Assembly (NCBI GenBank): GCA_050117845.1
Contig: JASFLY010000011.1
Coordinates: 1-64,000, forward strand
DNA length: 64,000 nucleotides
Origin: Candidatus Zixiibacteriota bacterium
Lineage (GTDB): Bacteria; RBG-13-66-14; B26-G2; WVWN01
Reading direction: 5' to 3'
The stretch's first letter is position 1. Each line of letters opens with the position of its first letter. Positions 17,932-28,788 of this stretch are shown one piece after another. The notes under the pieces were generated by a model. It made no database searches and was not told the DNA's origin. It worked only from the letters and a program-made list of their open reading frames with translations. The position numbers were made by a program, and so were the translations under genes.

Positions 17932-17960
17932 ATTATACACGGTGCAAATATCATTGTCAA
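17932..17960 (-). promoter_or_regulatory. perfect consensus sigma70 promoter
   Basis: TTGACA-N17-TATAAT on the minus strand. Confidence 0.85.
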
Positions 17961-17977
17961 GTTAAACCTATCCCGGC

Positions 17978-18562
17978 TCATATATAAACCTCGACGCCTA
18001 GCTCGGCTCGCGCGTCGTGCGCGCTTTCCGCGAGGGTTTTTTTTATCCGGGACTTGACGTAATAATAAAGAACCTCGTTGCGGTGGGCTGGAAAGAGCTT
18101 CTTTAGGGCGGCCTTGTCGGCCGGGGGCCTTTTGACGAAGCGCGACGCGTTTTTTATAAAATAATCCTGCAACGATTCCTCGTCCGCTTGGATGCGCGGG
18201 TATACGTAGAGGTCGATGTATTTGGAGATGGTAATCTCTTCGGCCATGCGTCGCCGGTACGATTCCGACGATAGGGAGAAACCGGGTAGGTGGGCCCGGG
18301 CGGCGAGCGCCGCGGCCCGCGTTACCTCGTCCGACGTGGCGCCGAGGCCTTTCCTTTTGGCGAGGGCCAGGACGATTTCCCGTTCGACCAGGCCGTCCAC
18401 CGTTTCCCGTAAGGCCGGGCCGGATGGAACGTAACCCAGGGCGGCGGTAACGTCGGCCTCGGTGATCGTCTTACCGTCGACCGAGGCGAGGGCGGTTCCG
18501 AAGGCCGCCGGGGCCCCGGCCAGTAAGAGAAGGACGGCCGACAGCCAAGCCCTGGTCTTCAT
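17978..18562 (-). CDS. secreted SurA/PrsA N-terminal-like chaperone domain protein
   Basis: Signal peptide MKTRAWL...AFG; LASVDGKTIT, LVEREIVLALAKRKGL; C-terminal VEVY; ATG overlaps the upstream stop. Confidence 0.6.
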   Translation of the reverse strand: MKTRAWLSAVLLLLAGAPAAFGTALASVDGKTITEADVTAALGYVPSGPALRETVDGLVEREIVLALAKRKGLGATSDEVTRAAALAARAHLPGFSLSSESYRRRMAEEITISKYIDLYVYPRIQADEESLQDYFIKNASRFVKRPPADKAALKKLFPAHRNEVLYYYVKSRIKKTLAESAHDARAELGVEVYI

Positions 18563-19773
18563 TCTTTCCCCCCGCTTCCCGCTGCGGCCGTTTCCGAAAG
18601 GGTAGGGAGCGCCGTCGGTTTGCGCCAACAGGACCCGTAGTCGAAGAGGATTACGCCGTCCGCGGGGGCCTCCGCCAGGCCGGCCTCGATCTCCGCGGCG
18701 TACGGGGCCTCGTGGTTGAAGACGCCGACGCCGAGGAAGAGCCGGGTCCCCCGGCGCCGGTCCTCCAACCTGTCGGCGAGCGACGCCAGCTTGGCCGCGT
18801 TTCCCCAGTACGTCATGGGGCACATTACGTCGACCAAACCTTCGTCGAACCATCCAAGCCAGTATTGGCCGATGTAACGGTAGGCGTGCTCCGGGTTGGC
18901 CCAGGGGGCGGCGGAGAACACGACGCCCGGCTTCGCCTCGTGCACGGCGCGGCTAGTTTCCCGGACGACGTCGGTTATGCGGTCGGCGCGCCAGTCGAGC
19001 CATTCCAGCGTCTGGAGGTCGAACCATCGTTCGGCCAGGCCGTCGTAACCCACGGCGGGCCGGAACACTTCCTTGTCGAGCGTGTGGTACCCCAGGAGGA
19101 TGGGGTCCTGGCCGCCGCGCTCCGCGAGGTAGCGCTTGCGCACGTCCTTGCCGTAGCCGAAGCGGTAGTTGGGATAGCGGATGAAGTCCAGGTGGACGCC
19201 GTCGACGTCGTAATTGCGAGCGACTTCGGCGGCGACGCCGGCGAAGTAGCGGGGGAAGCCCGGGGCCGCGGGGTCTGCGTACCAGCCCTCGGTGTCGGTG
19301 CGCGCCATCTCGGGTTTATCGTAGCGGGTGAGGCGACGGCTGTCCCGCCCCACGGCTATCCACTCCGGGTGTCGATTGGCGACGTGCCTCTCCATGGGCG
19401 GCATGGCGGGGCCGGGCCAGATGTAGTTGACGTTGAGCCAGGCGTGAACCTCGAGGTCGAAGATCCGCGCGGCCTTGATAACCTCGGCCAGCGGGTCGAA
19501 GTCCTCCGGTTGTTCTTCAAGCTTGCGGCTGCGGGGTTCGGTCTCCGAGCGGTAGTAGGCGTCGCCGGCCCGGCGCACCTGGACGAAGAGGGCGTTCACG
19601 TCGTAGGCGGCGGCGGTGGCGACGAGGCGTTCTATCTCCTCTTGATTATATAGGGTCTCGGTCGTGACCCACATGGCGCGGGTCCGCTCGGGGGCGGCGG
19701 GGCTTTCGCCCGGTCCTGCGGCCGGGGCGAAGGTCGGGAGGAGAACGGCGGTTAATATAAGTATCGTTCGCAA
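18559..19773 (-). CDS. glycoside hydrolase-like family 10 (GHL10/DUF187, YddW-like)
   Basis: RAMWV, FVQVR..GDAYY, FDPL, EVHAW, YDVDGVHLDFIRYP, PMTY. Confidence 0.88.
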   Translation of the reverse strand: MRTILILTAVLLPTFAPAAGPGESPAAPERTRAMWVTTETLYNQEEIERLVATAAAYDVNALFVQVRRAGDAYYRSETEPRSRKLEEQPEDFDPLAEVIKAARIFDLEVHAWLNVNYIWPGPAMPPMERHVANRHPEWIAVGRDSRRLTRYDKPEMARTDTEGWYADPAAPGFPRYFAGVAAEVARNYDVDGVHLDFIRYPNYRFGYGKDVRKRYLAERGGQDPILLGYHTLDKEVFRPAVGYDGLAERWFDLQTLEWLDWRADRITDVVRETSRAVHEAKPGVVFSAAPWANPEHAYRYIGQYWLGWFDEGLVDVMCPMTYWGNAAKLASLADRLEDRRRGTRLFLGVGVFNHEAPYAAEIEAGLAEAPADGVILFDYGSCWRKPTALPTLSETAAAGSGGKE

Positions 19774-19847
19774 GGTTTTAAATTGCCGTCGGACGGCATT
19801 AAACGTTTGCCGGGAAAACGTTGTCCTTTATTGAAGGGCCGGGCGTA

Positions 19848-20246
19848 TCAGCCCACGCCGTCGAACGCGGTCGTAAAAAAGTCGAATATATAGATAAGCG
19901 TAGCGATGAAGGCCATCGCGACCCCAACTCCTAGGTAAATAAGAAACCTTATCTTCCGCGCTCTCGTATTACGGGCGAAGGTCGCGACGTAAACCCGCGC
20001 CGCGCCGTAAAGGCCGAAGAGGCCGCCGGCCAGCACGAAGAAACTGGCGACCGTGGGCGTATTGAGATAGAAAGATACGCGGGTGTCGCGCCAGCCTTCG
20101 CCGGGTTCGATTTGGATTCGCGCATAGTGTTTGGCGTAGACGTCCGCGAAGAGTTCGTACGCGCCTTCCCAAGCCATATAACCCGCGGCCACGGCTAAAA
20201 CCGTGACGATTATCAATAAGTATACCTCTTTGCGTTCGAGAGTCAT
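19848..20246 (-). CDS. hypothetical three-TM membrane protein
   Basis: Three hydrophobic segments; fills the intergenic gap. Confidence 0.6.
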   Translation of the reverse strand: MTLERKEVYLLIIVTVLAVAAGYMAWEGAYELFADVYAKHYARIQIEPGEGWRDTRVSFYLNTPTVASFFVLAGGLFGLYGAARVYVATFARNTRARKIRFLIYLGVGVAMAFIATLIYIFDFFTTAFDGVG

Positions 20247-20397
20247 GCCTTAATAATTATAATAGAACGTCAACGGACGCAAGCTTTAAGTTCCCCGGAG
20301 GGATTAACCCTTTAATTAGTCGCCGGAATATATTAGTATTACGCCGCTTTCCGAAAACGTTTCACCTTGTTTTATCATAATCCGAAGGAGGCCAAGC

Positions 20398-20700
20398 ATG
20401 CCCGAGTTTGCCAACCCCTTTTCCGGCCTGAAAAACGACCGCAAATTGACCGACGAGGAATTGATACGGGCTATAAGATACATGGTCGCGGCGGAGTACG
20501 AGGCGATTCAACTCTATATGTAACTCGCGGAATCGACGGATAATAAACTGGCCAAGGCCGTACTGATAGACATAGCCGACGAGGAACGGGTGCACGCCGG
20601 CGAATTCCTCCGTGTTCTAAAAGAACTCGCCCCCGACGAGTACAAATTCTACGATGAGGGCGCCGGAGAAGTGGAGGAATTGAAGGGAGAATTGGGGTAG
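20398..20700 (+). pseudogene. ferritin-like/rubrerythrin-family (Flp/EncFtn-like) gene interrupted by in-frame TAA at 20521-20523
   Basis: AAGGAGG RBS; MPEFANPFSGLKNDRKLTDEELIRAIRYMVAAEYEAIQLYM*LAESTDNKLAKAVLIDIADEERVHAGEFLRVLKELAPDEYKFYDEGAGEVEELKGELG; di-iron motifs ExEAxxxY and EExxH lie on either side of the stop. Confidence 0.85.
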
Positions 20701-20729
20701 GGGCGGCGGGACGCCCGGAGGCGGCCGCC

Positions 20730-20758
20730 TTGCGTTAGGGGGAGGAATTAGGTATAAT
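20730..20758 (+). promoter_or_regulatory. sigma70 promoter for the S8 peptidase
   Basis: TTGCGT-N17-TATAAT. Confidence 0.65.
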
Positions 20759-20830
20759 ATACGCGGATTCGAAGACGCGCCGCTCGGGCCGCGCGCCGAT
20801 GTGTTAGTGTATACTATAAGGGGATGCAAA

Positions 20831-22873
20831 ATGAGAAGTAAAATGGTAATTTCCGTCGCAACGGTGGCGCTGGCGGGCTTGGTCGGTACGGCCGGGGCCG
20901 CGGCGGAGATATCGCCGGCTTTAGCGGATTATTTATCCGGCGTGGCGGCCGAGGAATACGTTCCGATAACCATATCGGTCGACGGCGGCCTGGATTCCGC
21001 CGTTTACGAAAATATGACGGCGGGCCTCGCCAAGGACGCCGCCCGCGAATTGGTGCGGACGGTCGGGAAGGACCGCGCCGCCGAAAGCCAGGCCGAAGTG
21101 TTGTCGTACCTGGGCGCCGCGGAAACGCGGGGCGAAGTTCGCGACGTGAAATCGTTGTGGGCGGCGAACGCGGTCGCGGCGGAGGTCACGGCGGAGACGG
21201 TGGGCCGTTTGGCCGGCCTTGAAAGCGTACGCCGGATCAACCTCGACGTTCCCTATCCGGTCGCTTGTGGCCTCGCGTGGGGCGTCGCCAAGGTTGGCGC
21301 CGACCAGGTTTGGAACGGGTACGGCGTTACCGGCGAGGACGTACTAGTGGCCGTGACCGATACCGGCGTCGATTACGAGCATACCGATCTCGAGAACCGC
21401 GACTGGGTTAACGAGGGCGAGATTCCGGGGAACGGCGTAGACGACGACGATAACGGTTACGTCGACGATTATCACGGCTGGAATACGGTGGACGATAACA
21501 ACAATACCCGGGGGCCGACGGCCGGCCACGGCAGTCACTGCGCGGGGACGGTATGTGGCGACGGCACCGCCGGAACTCAGACCGGCGTGGCGCCGGGCGC
21601 TTTCGTCATGCCCGTACAGGTTCTGTCCAATTCGGGCAGCGGATCCGAGTCCACGGTATGGGAGGGAATGGAGTACGCGTTCGACAACGGCGCCGACGTA
21701 ACCAGCATGTCGCTCGGGTGGTGCCAGCACTGGTACCCCGACCGGGCGACGTGGCGCAACTTGTGCGAGACGCTCATCGCCGGCGGCATGGTTTACTCCA
21801 TCGCGGCGGGGAACGAGCGGACGTACTCGAACCTCCCTCCGCCGCTCAATATCCGGACGCCGGGCGACGTACCGGCGGTCATTACGGTCGGCGCGACCTA
21901 CCAGGACGACACGTACGTATACTTCTCCTCGTACGGACCGACGACCTGGGAAGAAGTTCCCCCGTGGAGCGATTACCCCTATCCGCCGGGCCTCACCAAG
22001 CCGGACGTGGTGGCCCCCGGTTACGAGATAATTTCGGTGTGCGGCATCTCCGGAGGCTACACCTCGAAGAACGGAACGTCGATGGCGACGCCGCACGTCG
22101 CGGGTTTCGCGGCCTTGATACTCGAGGTCGATTCCGGCCTGACCAATGCCGAAGTCCGTAAATTGATGGAAGATTACGCCCTCGACCTCGGCGACGAGGG
22201 CAAGGACAACGATTACGGCTCGGGCCGAATACAGTGCTACGATACCATTGACGCGATGTTCGCGACGCCGATAAAACTCACGTCGTTCACGGCGCGGGCC
22301 GCCGGCGAAGACGTTCGCGTGCGGTGGGAGACCGGCGGGACTGAGGAACTCCTCGCCGGGTTCAACCTTTACCGGCGCACGGCGGCCGAGTCCGCCGGCA
22401 GTTTTAGCGTCTCGTCCGGCACAACGGAAACTTACGAGAAGCTGAACGACAAGCTCGTTCGCGGCCACAGCCCGTACCTTTTCGCTGACGACGGCGTCGA
22501 GGCGGGGAAGCGCTACGAGTACCTGCTCGAAGTCGTCACGTTGCCGGGCCGCACGACGACCCACGGGCCGGTGTTGGTGCGGGCCGGAGGCGATGTGCGG
22601 CCGGTATCGTTCTGGCTCGCGCAAAGTGCGCCCAACCCAGCGCGGGAGCGTACGGTCATTAAGTTCGGCGTGGCCGAAGGGTACGCCGGCCGGACCGTCA
22701 TCGACGTTTACGACCTTAGCGGCCGCCGCGTGGCGACGGCGTTGGACGCGGATTTGAAACCGGGTGCGTACGAAGTGGAACTCTCTACGGCCGGCCTGGC
22801 CCCCGGCGTTTACGTCTACCGTATGGCCGCCGGGCCGTTCAGCTCCGCGAAACGAATAGTGGTTGCCCAGTAG
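20831..22873 (+). CDS. secreted S8 (subtilisin-like) peptidase with Fn3-like + T9SS/FlgD-Ig-like C-terminal domain
   Basis: Signal peptide and propeptide; DTG, HGSHCAG, AAGN, GTSMATP; C-terminal QSAPNP...YDLSGRRV...LAPGVYVYR. Confidence 0.92.
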   Translation: MRSKMVISVATVALAGLVGTAGAAAEISPALADYLSGVAAEEYVPITISVDGGLDSAVYENMTAGLAKDAARELVRTVGKDRAAESQAEVLSYLGAAETRGEVRDVKSLWAANAVAAEVTAETVGRLAGLESVRRINLDVPYPVACGLAWGVAKVGADQVWNGYGVTGEDVLVAVTDTGVDYEHTDLENRDWVNEGEIPGNGVDDDDNGYVDDYHGWNTVDDNNNTRGPTAGHGSHCAGTVCGDGTAGTQTGVAPGAFVMPVQVLSNSGSGSESTVWEGMEYAFDNGADVTSMSLGWCQHWYPDRATWRNLCETLIAGGMVYSIAAGNERTYSNLPPPLNIRTPGDVPAVITVGATYQDDTYVYFSSYGPTTWEEVPPWSDYPYPPGLTKPDVVAPGYEIISVCGISGGYTSKNGTSMATPHVAGFAALILEVDSGLTNAEVRKLMEDYALDLGDEGKDNDYGSGRIQCYDTIDAMFATPIKLTSFTARAAGEDVRVRWETGGTEELLAGFNLYRRTAAESAGSFSVSSGTTETYEKLNDKLVRGHSPYLFADDGVEAGKRYEYLLEVVTLPGRTTTHGPVLVRAGGDVRPVSFWLAQSAPNPARERTVIKFGVAEGYAGRTVIDVYDLSGRRVATALDADLKPGAYEVELSTAGLAPGVYVYRMAAGPFSSAKRIVVAQ

Positions 22874-23004
22874 TTATCGCGCATCTTTGAGTACGGCGCG
22901 ATAAAACAGAAGCATTTACCGTATCCATAAACTATACCGGCCGTTAAAGGCCGGTATGGCACATATGACCGGTAACGCCGGCCATGGCTTAACGGAGGTC
23001 GGAC

Positions 23005-24480
<1,476 letters not shown>

Positions 24481-24489
24481 TAGTAGACG

Positions 24490-25575
24490 ATGCCATCCCA
24501 GACTTCCCGGGATTACTACGAAATCCTCGGCATATCGCGCGAAGCGTCCCTCGACGAGATAAAAAGCGCGTATCGCCGCATGGCGATGAAGTATCATCCC
24601 GACCGCAACAAGGAACCCGGGGCCACGGATAAATTCAAAGAGGCGTCAGAGGCCTTCGAAGTTCTGGCCGACGCCAATAAACGGCGGATATACGACGCTT
24701 ACGGCTACGAGGGCCTCCAGGGCCGCGGCTACGGCGGCATCACCAACATCGACGACGTCTTCGAGCACTTCTTCAGCGCCGGCGGCGTCTTCGGCGATCT
24801 CCTGTCCGACCTGTTCGGCGGCGGCCGGGCGACGCGAAGGCGCCGTCCTCGCCGTGGAGCGGATATCCTTACGCGAGTAATCCTCGAATTCGAGGAGGCG
24901 GCCCGGGGCGCGAAGCGCGAAGTCGAGATCGAGCGTCTGCGGACCTGCGAGGAATGTGACGGGACCGGAGGCGTCGGCGGAGCGCCGCCGGAGACGTGCC
25001 CGACCTGCCACGGGGCGGGCGAGGTAATCCAACGGCACGGTTTCTTCAGCGTCGGGACGCCCTGTCCCCGCTGCCGCGGCGAGGGCGAAGTCGTCGCCGA
25101 GCCGTGCGAGAAGTGCGGCGGCCGGGGCGTGCGGCTCGACCGGAGCACGATCGACGTCAATATCCCCGCGGGCGTGGACACCGGTATGCGGGTCCGGCGT
25201 ACGGGCGAGGGGGAGAGCGGCCGCTACGGCGGCCCCCCCGGAGACCTCTACGTCGAAGCGCACGTGAAGCCGCACAAAGTATTCGGCCGGGACGGCAAGG
25301 ACCTGACGTACGAAATGGAGATATCGCCGGCGCGGGCCACGCTCGGCGGCGAGGTCGTCGTTCCCACGCTCGACGGCGAAGATAAAGTAAAGGTGCCGTC
25401 GGGCAGCCGGGACGGCGACGTCCTGCGGGTGAAGGGCGCGGGCTTGCCGCGGCCCGGCACGAAGGTTGTGGGCGACGAACTCGTAACCCTACGCGTAGCC
25501 GTCCCGAAGAAGGTGCGGGGGCGGGTAAAAAAACTCTACCAGGAACTCCTACAATTGGAAGGCGAGGAAAAGTGA
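24490..25575 (+). CDS. dnaJ: molecular chaperone DnaJ
   Basis: DYYEILG, HPD, four CxxCxGxG repeats, C-terminal IPAGVDTG/GDLYV. Confidence 0.95.
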   Translation: MPSQTSRDYYEILGISREASLDEIKSAYRRMAMKYHPDRNKEPGATDKFKEASEAFEVLADANKRRIYDAYGYEGLQGRGYGGITNIDDVFEHFFSAGGVFGDLLSDLFGGGRATRRRRPRRGADILTRVILEFEEAARGAKREVEIERLRTCEECDGTGGVGGAPPETCPTCHGAGEVIQRHGFFSVGTPCPRCRGEGEVVAEPCEKCGGRGVRLDRSTIDVNIPAGVDTGMRVRRTGEGESGRYGGPPGDLYVEAHVKPHKVFGRDGKDLTYEMEISPARATLGGEVVVPTLDGEDKVKVPSGSRDGDVLRVKGAGLPRPGTKVVGDELVTLRVAVPKKVRGRVKKLYQELLQLEGEEK

Positions 25576-26576
25576 GAATAGTATCTTCTTGGACCGTGAC
25601 TTTAGTGGTGGCGGGGCTGGCGCTGTTCGCGGCGGCCTGCGGGCCGGAAAAGGACCCCGGCGCCGAACTCAAGGCCCGTGCCGACGAGCTCTTCGCCGCG
25701 GAGAATTACGAGGCCGCGGCGCGCCTGTATCAACGAATACTCGACGACTATCCGGAGTGGGCGGAAGAGAACGGCGTAGCGGAGGCCCATAAAAAGGCCG
25801 AAGCGAAATCGTACTTTACCGCCGCCCGGAAGTACGCGCGCTCGGGCCGTCAGGACCTGGCCAGCGACGCGCTGGACAAGGCGTACGAACTCTTGCCGGG
25901 CGACGTCGAGGTCGTTTACGGCGTAGGTTGGGTTTACATCGAGAAGGCTTTGGAGTATCGGAACAAGGCCGCGATGACGTCCGGGGCCGGCCGGGCCGAC
26001 TACGGCCTGTTGGCCGAAGCCCACGCGGAACTGGCGCGGGAGAAATTCGAGAAGTGCGTCGAGTTGGACGCGACCCACTGGGGAGGCCACCGGGGTCTGG
26101 CCGTTTATTACCTCTTCGGAGGCGAAAACGATAAAGCGCTTGAGGCGCTGGCCGAAGCGGAGAAGTGTTCGAAGAAGGATGACGACAAAATAAACGTTGC
26201 CCGGCTCCGCTTCCGGGCGTACGCTGCGAAGAACGATTTCGACGAGGGCAAGAAGGTGCTCGACGAATTGATCGAGGAATACCCGAACCGGGGCGAGGTG
26301 TATTTCGCCCTGGGCGAGTATTACCTTCTGCTCGAGAAGCCGAATATCGAGGAGGCCAAGAACGCGTTCGAAACCGGCGTTACCAAGGAGTTCGAGGATT
26401 CGGGAACCCGGAATCAAATGTATATAATGCTGTCGCGTTTGCGGATGCGAGAAGGCGATTACGAGGGGGCGGCGTCGGCCGTCAAGGCGGCGCTGGACGA
26501 CGACCCGTTCAACGAAATATTCACCGACGAGTACGCGGTGGCCTGGGGAACGAAAAAACTCGCCGAAAAGCGGTAG
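25572..26576 (+). CDS. TPR-repeat lipoprotein
   Basis: Lipobox AAAC; helical TPR-like repeats. Confidence 0.75.
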   Translation: MRIVSSWTVTLVVAGLALFAAACGPEKDPGAELKARADELFAAENYEAAARLYQRILDDYPEWAEENGVAEAHKKAEAKSYFTAARKYARSGRQDLASDALDKAYELLPGDVEVVYGVGWVYIEKALEYRNKAAMTSGAGRADYGLLAEAHAELAREKFEKCVELDATHWGGHRGLAVYYLFGGENDKALEALAEAEKCSKKDDDKINVARLRFRAYAAKNDFDEGKKVLDELIEEYPNRGEVYFALGEYYLLLEKPNIEEAKNAFETGVTKEFEDSGTRNQMYIMLSRLRMREGDYEGAASAVKAALDDDPFNEIFTDEYAVAWGTKKLAEKR

Positions 26577-26601
26577 CGGTCCCCGGCGGACAGGAGGAAG
26601 A

Positions 26602-27447
26602 ATGCGGAGCGTAGCCATATTCCTGGTTATTATCGGAATCGCAGCGGCGCCGGCGCTGGCGGCGCAGAGCGGTAAAATCGTCTTCACGTCGGACCGCGAC
26701 GGAAATCAGGAAATATATATTATGAACGCCGACGGCACCGCGGTGGCCCGTTTGACCAACGACAAGGCGTACGACGACCAGCCGTTCCTCTCACCGGACG
26801 GCAAGTCGGTGGTGTTCGTGAGCAACCGCGACGGCAACAACGAGATCTACGTCGTCGGGGCGGACGGGAAGGGCCTCAAGCGCCTGACCGATACCGATTA
26901 TCCCGAAATCGACCCGGCCTACACGCCCGACGGCAAGTGGATAATTTACACGTCCATGGCGGAGGGGGATAAGGACGTATGGCGCTTGAGCGTAGCGACG
27001 GGCGACGTCGAGGAGCTCGTGACCGGTGACGGCGACCAGTTCATGGCTCGCGCCGCGGCCGACGGGACGCTGGTATACGTCCAGAACGGCGGCGACGAAG
27101 AGGTCATGATACGGACAGGCGGCGTAACGAAGAACCTGAGTTCTTCCCCCGGCGTCGACACTATGCCTTCGTTCTCGGCCGACGGTAAGGTCGTATACTT
27201 CACGAGCAGCCGAGGGGGCGACTACGACCTGTATTGCATCAATCGGGATGGGTCCGACTTGCGTGAAATAGTAACGCTGGAGAGCCTGGAAGGCCGGGGC
27301 GCTGCCTCGCCCGCTGGCGGCACCGTGGCCCTCGCGTCGGACGGCGACGGCGATCTGGAAATCTATATTTTCACTGACGACGGCGAAATGATCCAGAAGC
27401 TAACCGACAACGAATACGACGATTACGAACCTCACTGGGGCAAGTAG
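26602..27447 (+). CDS. secreted TolB-like PD40-repeat beta-propeller protein
   Basis: IVFTSDRDGNQEIYIMNADG and SPDG repeats; signal peptide; AGGAGG RBS; no TolB N-domain. Confidence 0.85.
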   Translation: MRSVAIFLVIIGIAAAPALAAQSGKIVFTSDRDGNQEIYIMNADGTAVARLTNDKAYDDQPFLSPDGKSVVFVSNRDGNNEIYVVGADGKGLKRLTDTDYPEIDPAYTPDGKWIIYTSMAEGDKDVWRLSVATGDVEELVTGDGDQFMARAAADGTLVYVQNGGDEEVMIRTGGVTKNLSSSPGVDTMPSFSADGKVVYFTSSRGGDYDLYCINRDGSDLREIVTLESLEGRGAASPAGGTVALASDGDGDLEIYIFTDDGEMIQKLTDNEYDDYEPHWGK

Positions 27448-27473
27448 CGATAGTATTCAATAGTGGAGGTAAA

Positions 27474-27665
27474 ATGAAGAGGGTAGCCGATGTATTCATC
27501 CTCCTGGGCTTTCTGGCCTGGGCCGTCGCCATAGTTACGCGTCTGGCGAGTAGAGATTTTATTTTTCCGATGCTTCAACTTCCGGCTCAAACCTATCTCG
27601 ACTTCGGGTGGACGAGCTTCATAGTCGCGGCGGTACTACTTCTGCGGCAGATAAGGGATAAGTAA
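27474..27665 (+). CDS. small two-TM membrane protein
   Basis: GGAGGT RBS; two hydrophobic helices; in operon. Confidence 0.7.
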   Translation: MKRVADVFILLGFLAWAVAIVTRLASRDFIFPMLQLPAQTYLDFGWTSFIVAAVLLLRQIRDK

Positions 27666-27666
27666 A

Positions 27667-28599
27667 TTGAAATTACTCGTAACGGGAGGCGCCGGGTTCA
27701 TCGGTTCCAGCATAGCCCGGCGGTACCTCGAAAAAGGATGGGACGTCACCGTCGTCGATAACCTCGCAAGCGGCCGGCGTGACAACGTGCCGGACGGGGC
27801 GACGTTCTACGAACTGGACATCCGCGATACGGAATTCGGGGAAATAATGGAGGCCGAGAGGCCGGACGTCGTCAGCCACCACGCGGCGCAGATGGACGTG
27901 CGGATATCGACGACGAAGCCGGCCTTCGACGCCGACGTCAATATCATCGGTTCCATCAAGACCATCGAGGCGGCGCTGGCGGCGGGAGTCCGCAAGTTCC
28001 TCTTCGCCTCGACCGGGGGCGCTATTTACGGCGAGCCCGATAGCATCCCGGTAGACGAGGATACGCCGACGAGGCCGCTTTCGCAGTACGGATGTTCCAA
28101 GCTGGCCGTGGAGCGGTATCTCTACCTCTACGGCGTGCAACGGGACCTCGACTACGTGGCGCTGCGTTACCCGAACGTGTACGGCCCGCGGCAGGACCCG
28201 CACGGCGAGGCCGGCGTTACGGCCATCTTCACGCTCAGAATGCTCGACGGCCAGCCGTGCGTTCTCTTCGGCGACGGCACGGAATCCCGCGATTACGTAT
28301 ATGTAGACGACATCGTCCGGGCGCACGAACTCGCGTCCGAGAGCGAATATCGCGGCGTCGTATGTATCGGTTCGGCCCGCGAGACGACGGTGCCCGACAT
28401 CTACGAGAAACTTTCCGAATTGACGGGCAACGCCGTGGAACCCCGGCACGAACCCCTCCGGCCCGGCGAAATTCACCGCATATGCATATCCAGCGGCAAG
28501 GCAAAAGAGGTACTGGGTTGGGAACCCCAGGTCCCGTTCGAGGAGGGATTACGCCGACTGGTAGAGTACGTGAAGGAGAACCGGGAGAGGTATAAGTAA
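27667..28599 (+). CDS. NAD-dependent epimerase/dehydratase (UDP-glucose 4-epimerase-like)
   Basis: GGAGFIG, STGGAIYG, YGCSK, NVYGPRQDPHGEAGV, RDYVYV. Confidence 0.92.
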   Translation: MKLLVTGGAGFIGSSIARRYLEKGWDVTVVDNLASGRRDNVPDGATFYELDIRDTEFGEIMEAERPDVVSHHAAQMDVRISTTKPAFDADVNIIGSIKTIEAALAAGVRKFLFASTGGAIYGEPDSIPVDEDTPTRPLSQYGCSKLAVERYLYLYGVQRDLDYVALRYPNVYGPRQDPHGEAGVTAIFTLRMLDGQPCVLFGDGTESRDYVYVDDIVRAHELASESEYRGVVCIGSARETTVPDIYEKLSELTGNAVEPRHEPLRPGEIHRICISSGKAKEVLGWEPQVPFEEGLRRLVEYVKENRERYK

Positions 28600-28626
28600 A
28601 CCGTCCGATTAAAGATAAATAAGGAG

Positions 28627-28652
28627 CGGCGGCTTTTAGAGCCGCCGTTTTT
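28627..28652 (+). terminator. intrinsic terminator
   Basis: CGGCGGCT-tttag-AGCCGCCG-TTTTT. Confidence 0.75.
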
Positions 28653-28695
28653 CGTTAATACCCATGGGGGGGGTCCGGCGGAGGGTTTATGGATA

Positions 28696-28764
28696 GTACC
28701 GTCAGATGTTACCACCTGACGGCCGAGATTCAAAAAGGCGTCGGATGGTAACATCCGACGCCAC
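28696..28764. repeat. inverted pair of 28-nt REP-like palindromes
   Basis: GTACCGTCAGATGTTACCACCTGACGGC (+) and GTGGCGTCGGATGTTACCATCCGACGCC (-): 22/28 identical with compensatory stem changes. Confidence 0.7.
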
Positions 28765-28788
28765 GTGTAGCCCTTTTCGTCCCGGCTG

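Noticed and set aside
20521..20523. Stop-codon reassignment (TAA read as Gln)
   Set aside because: TAA terminates many genes in the window normally; only one internal case.
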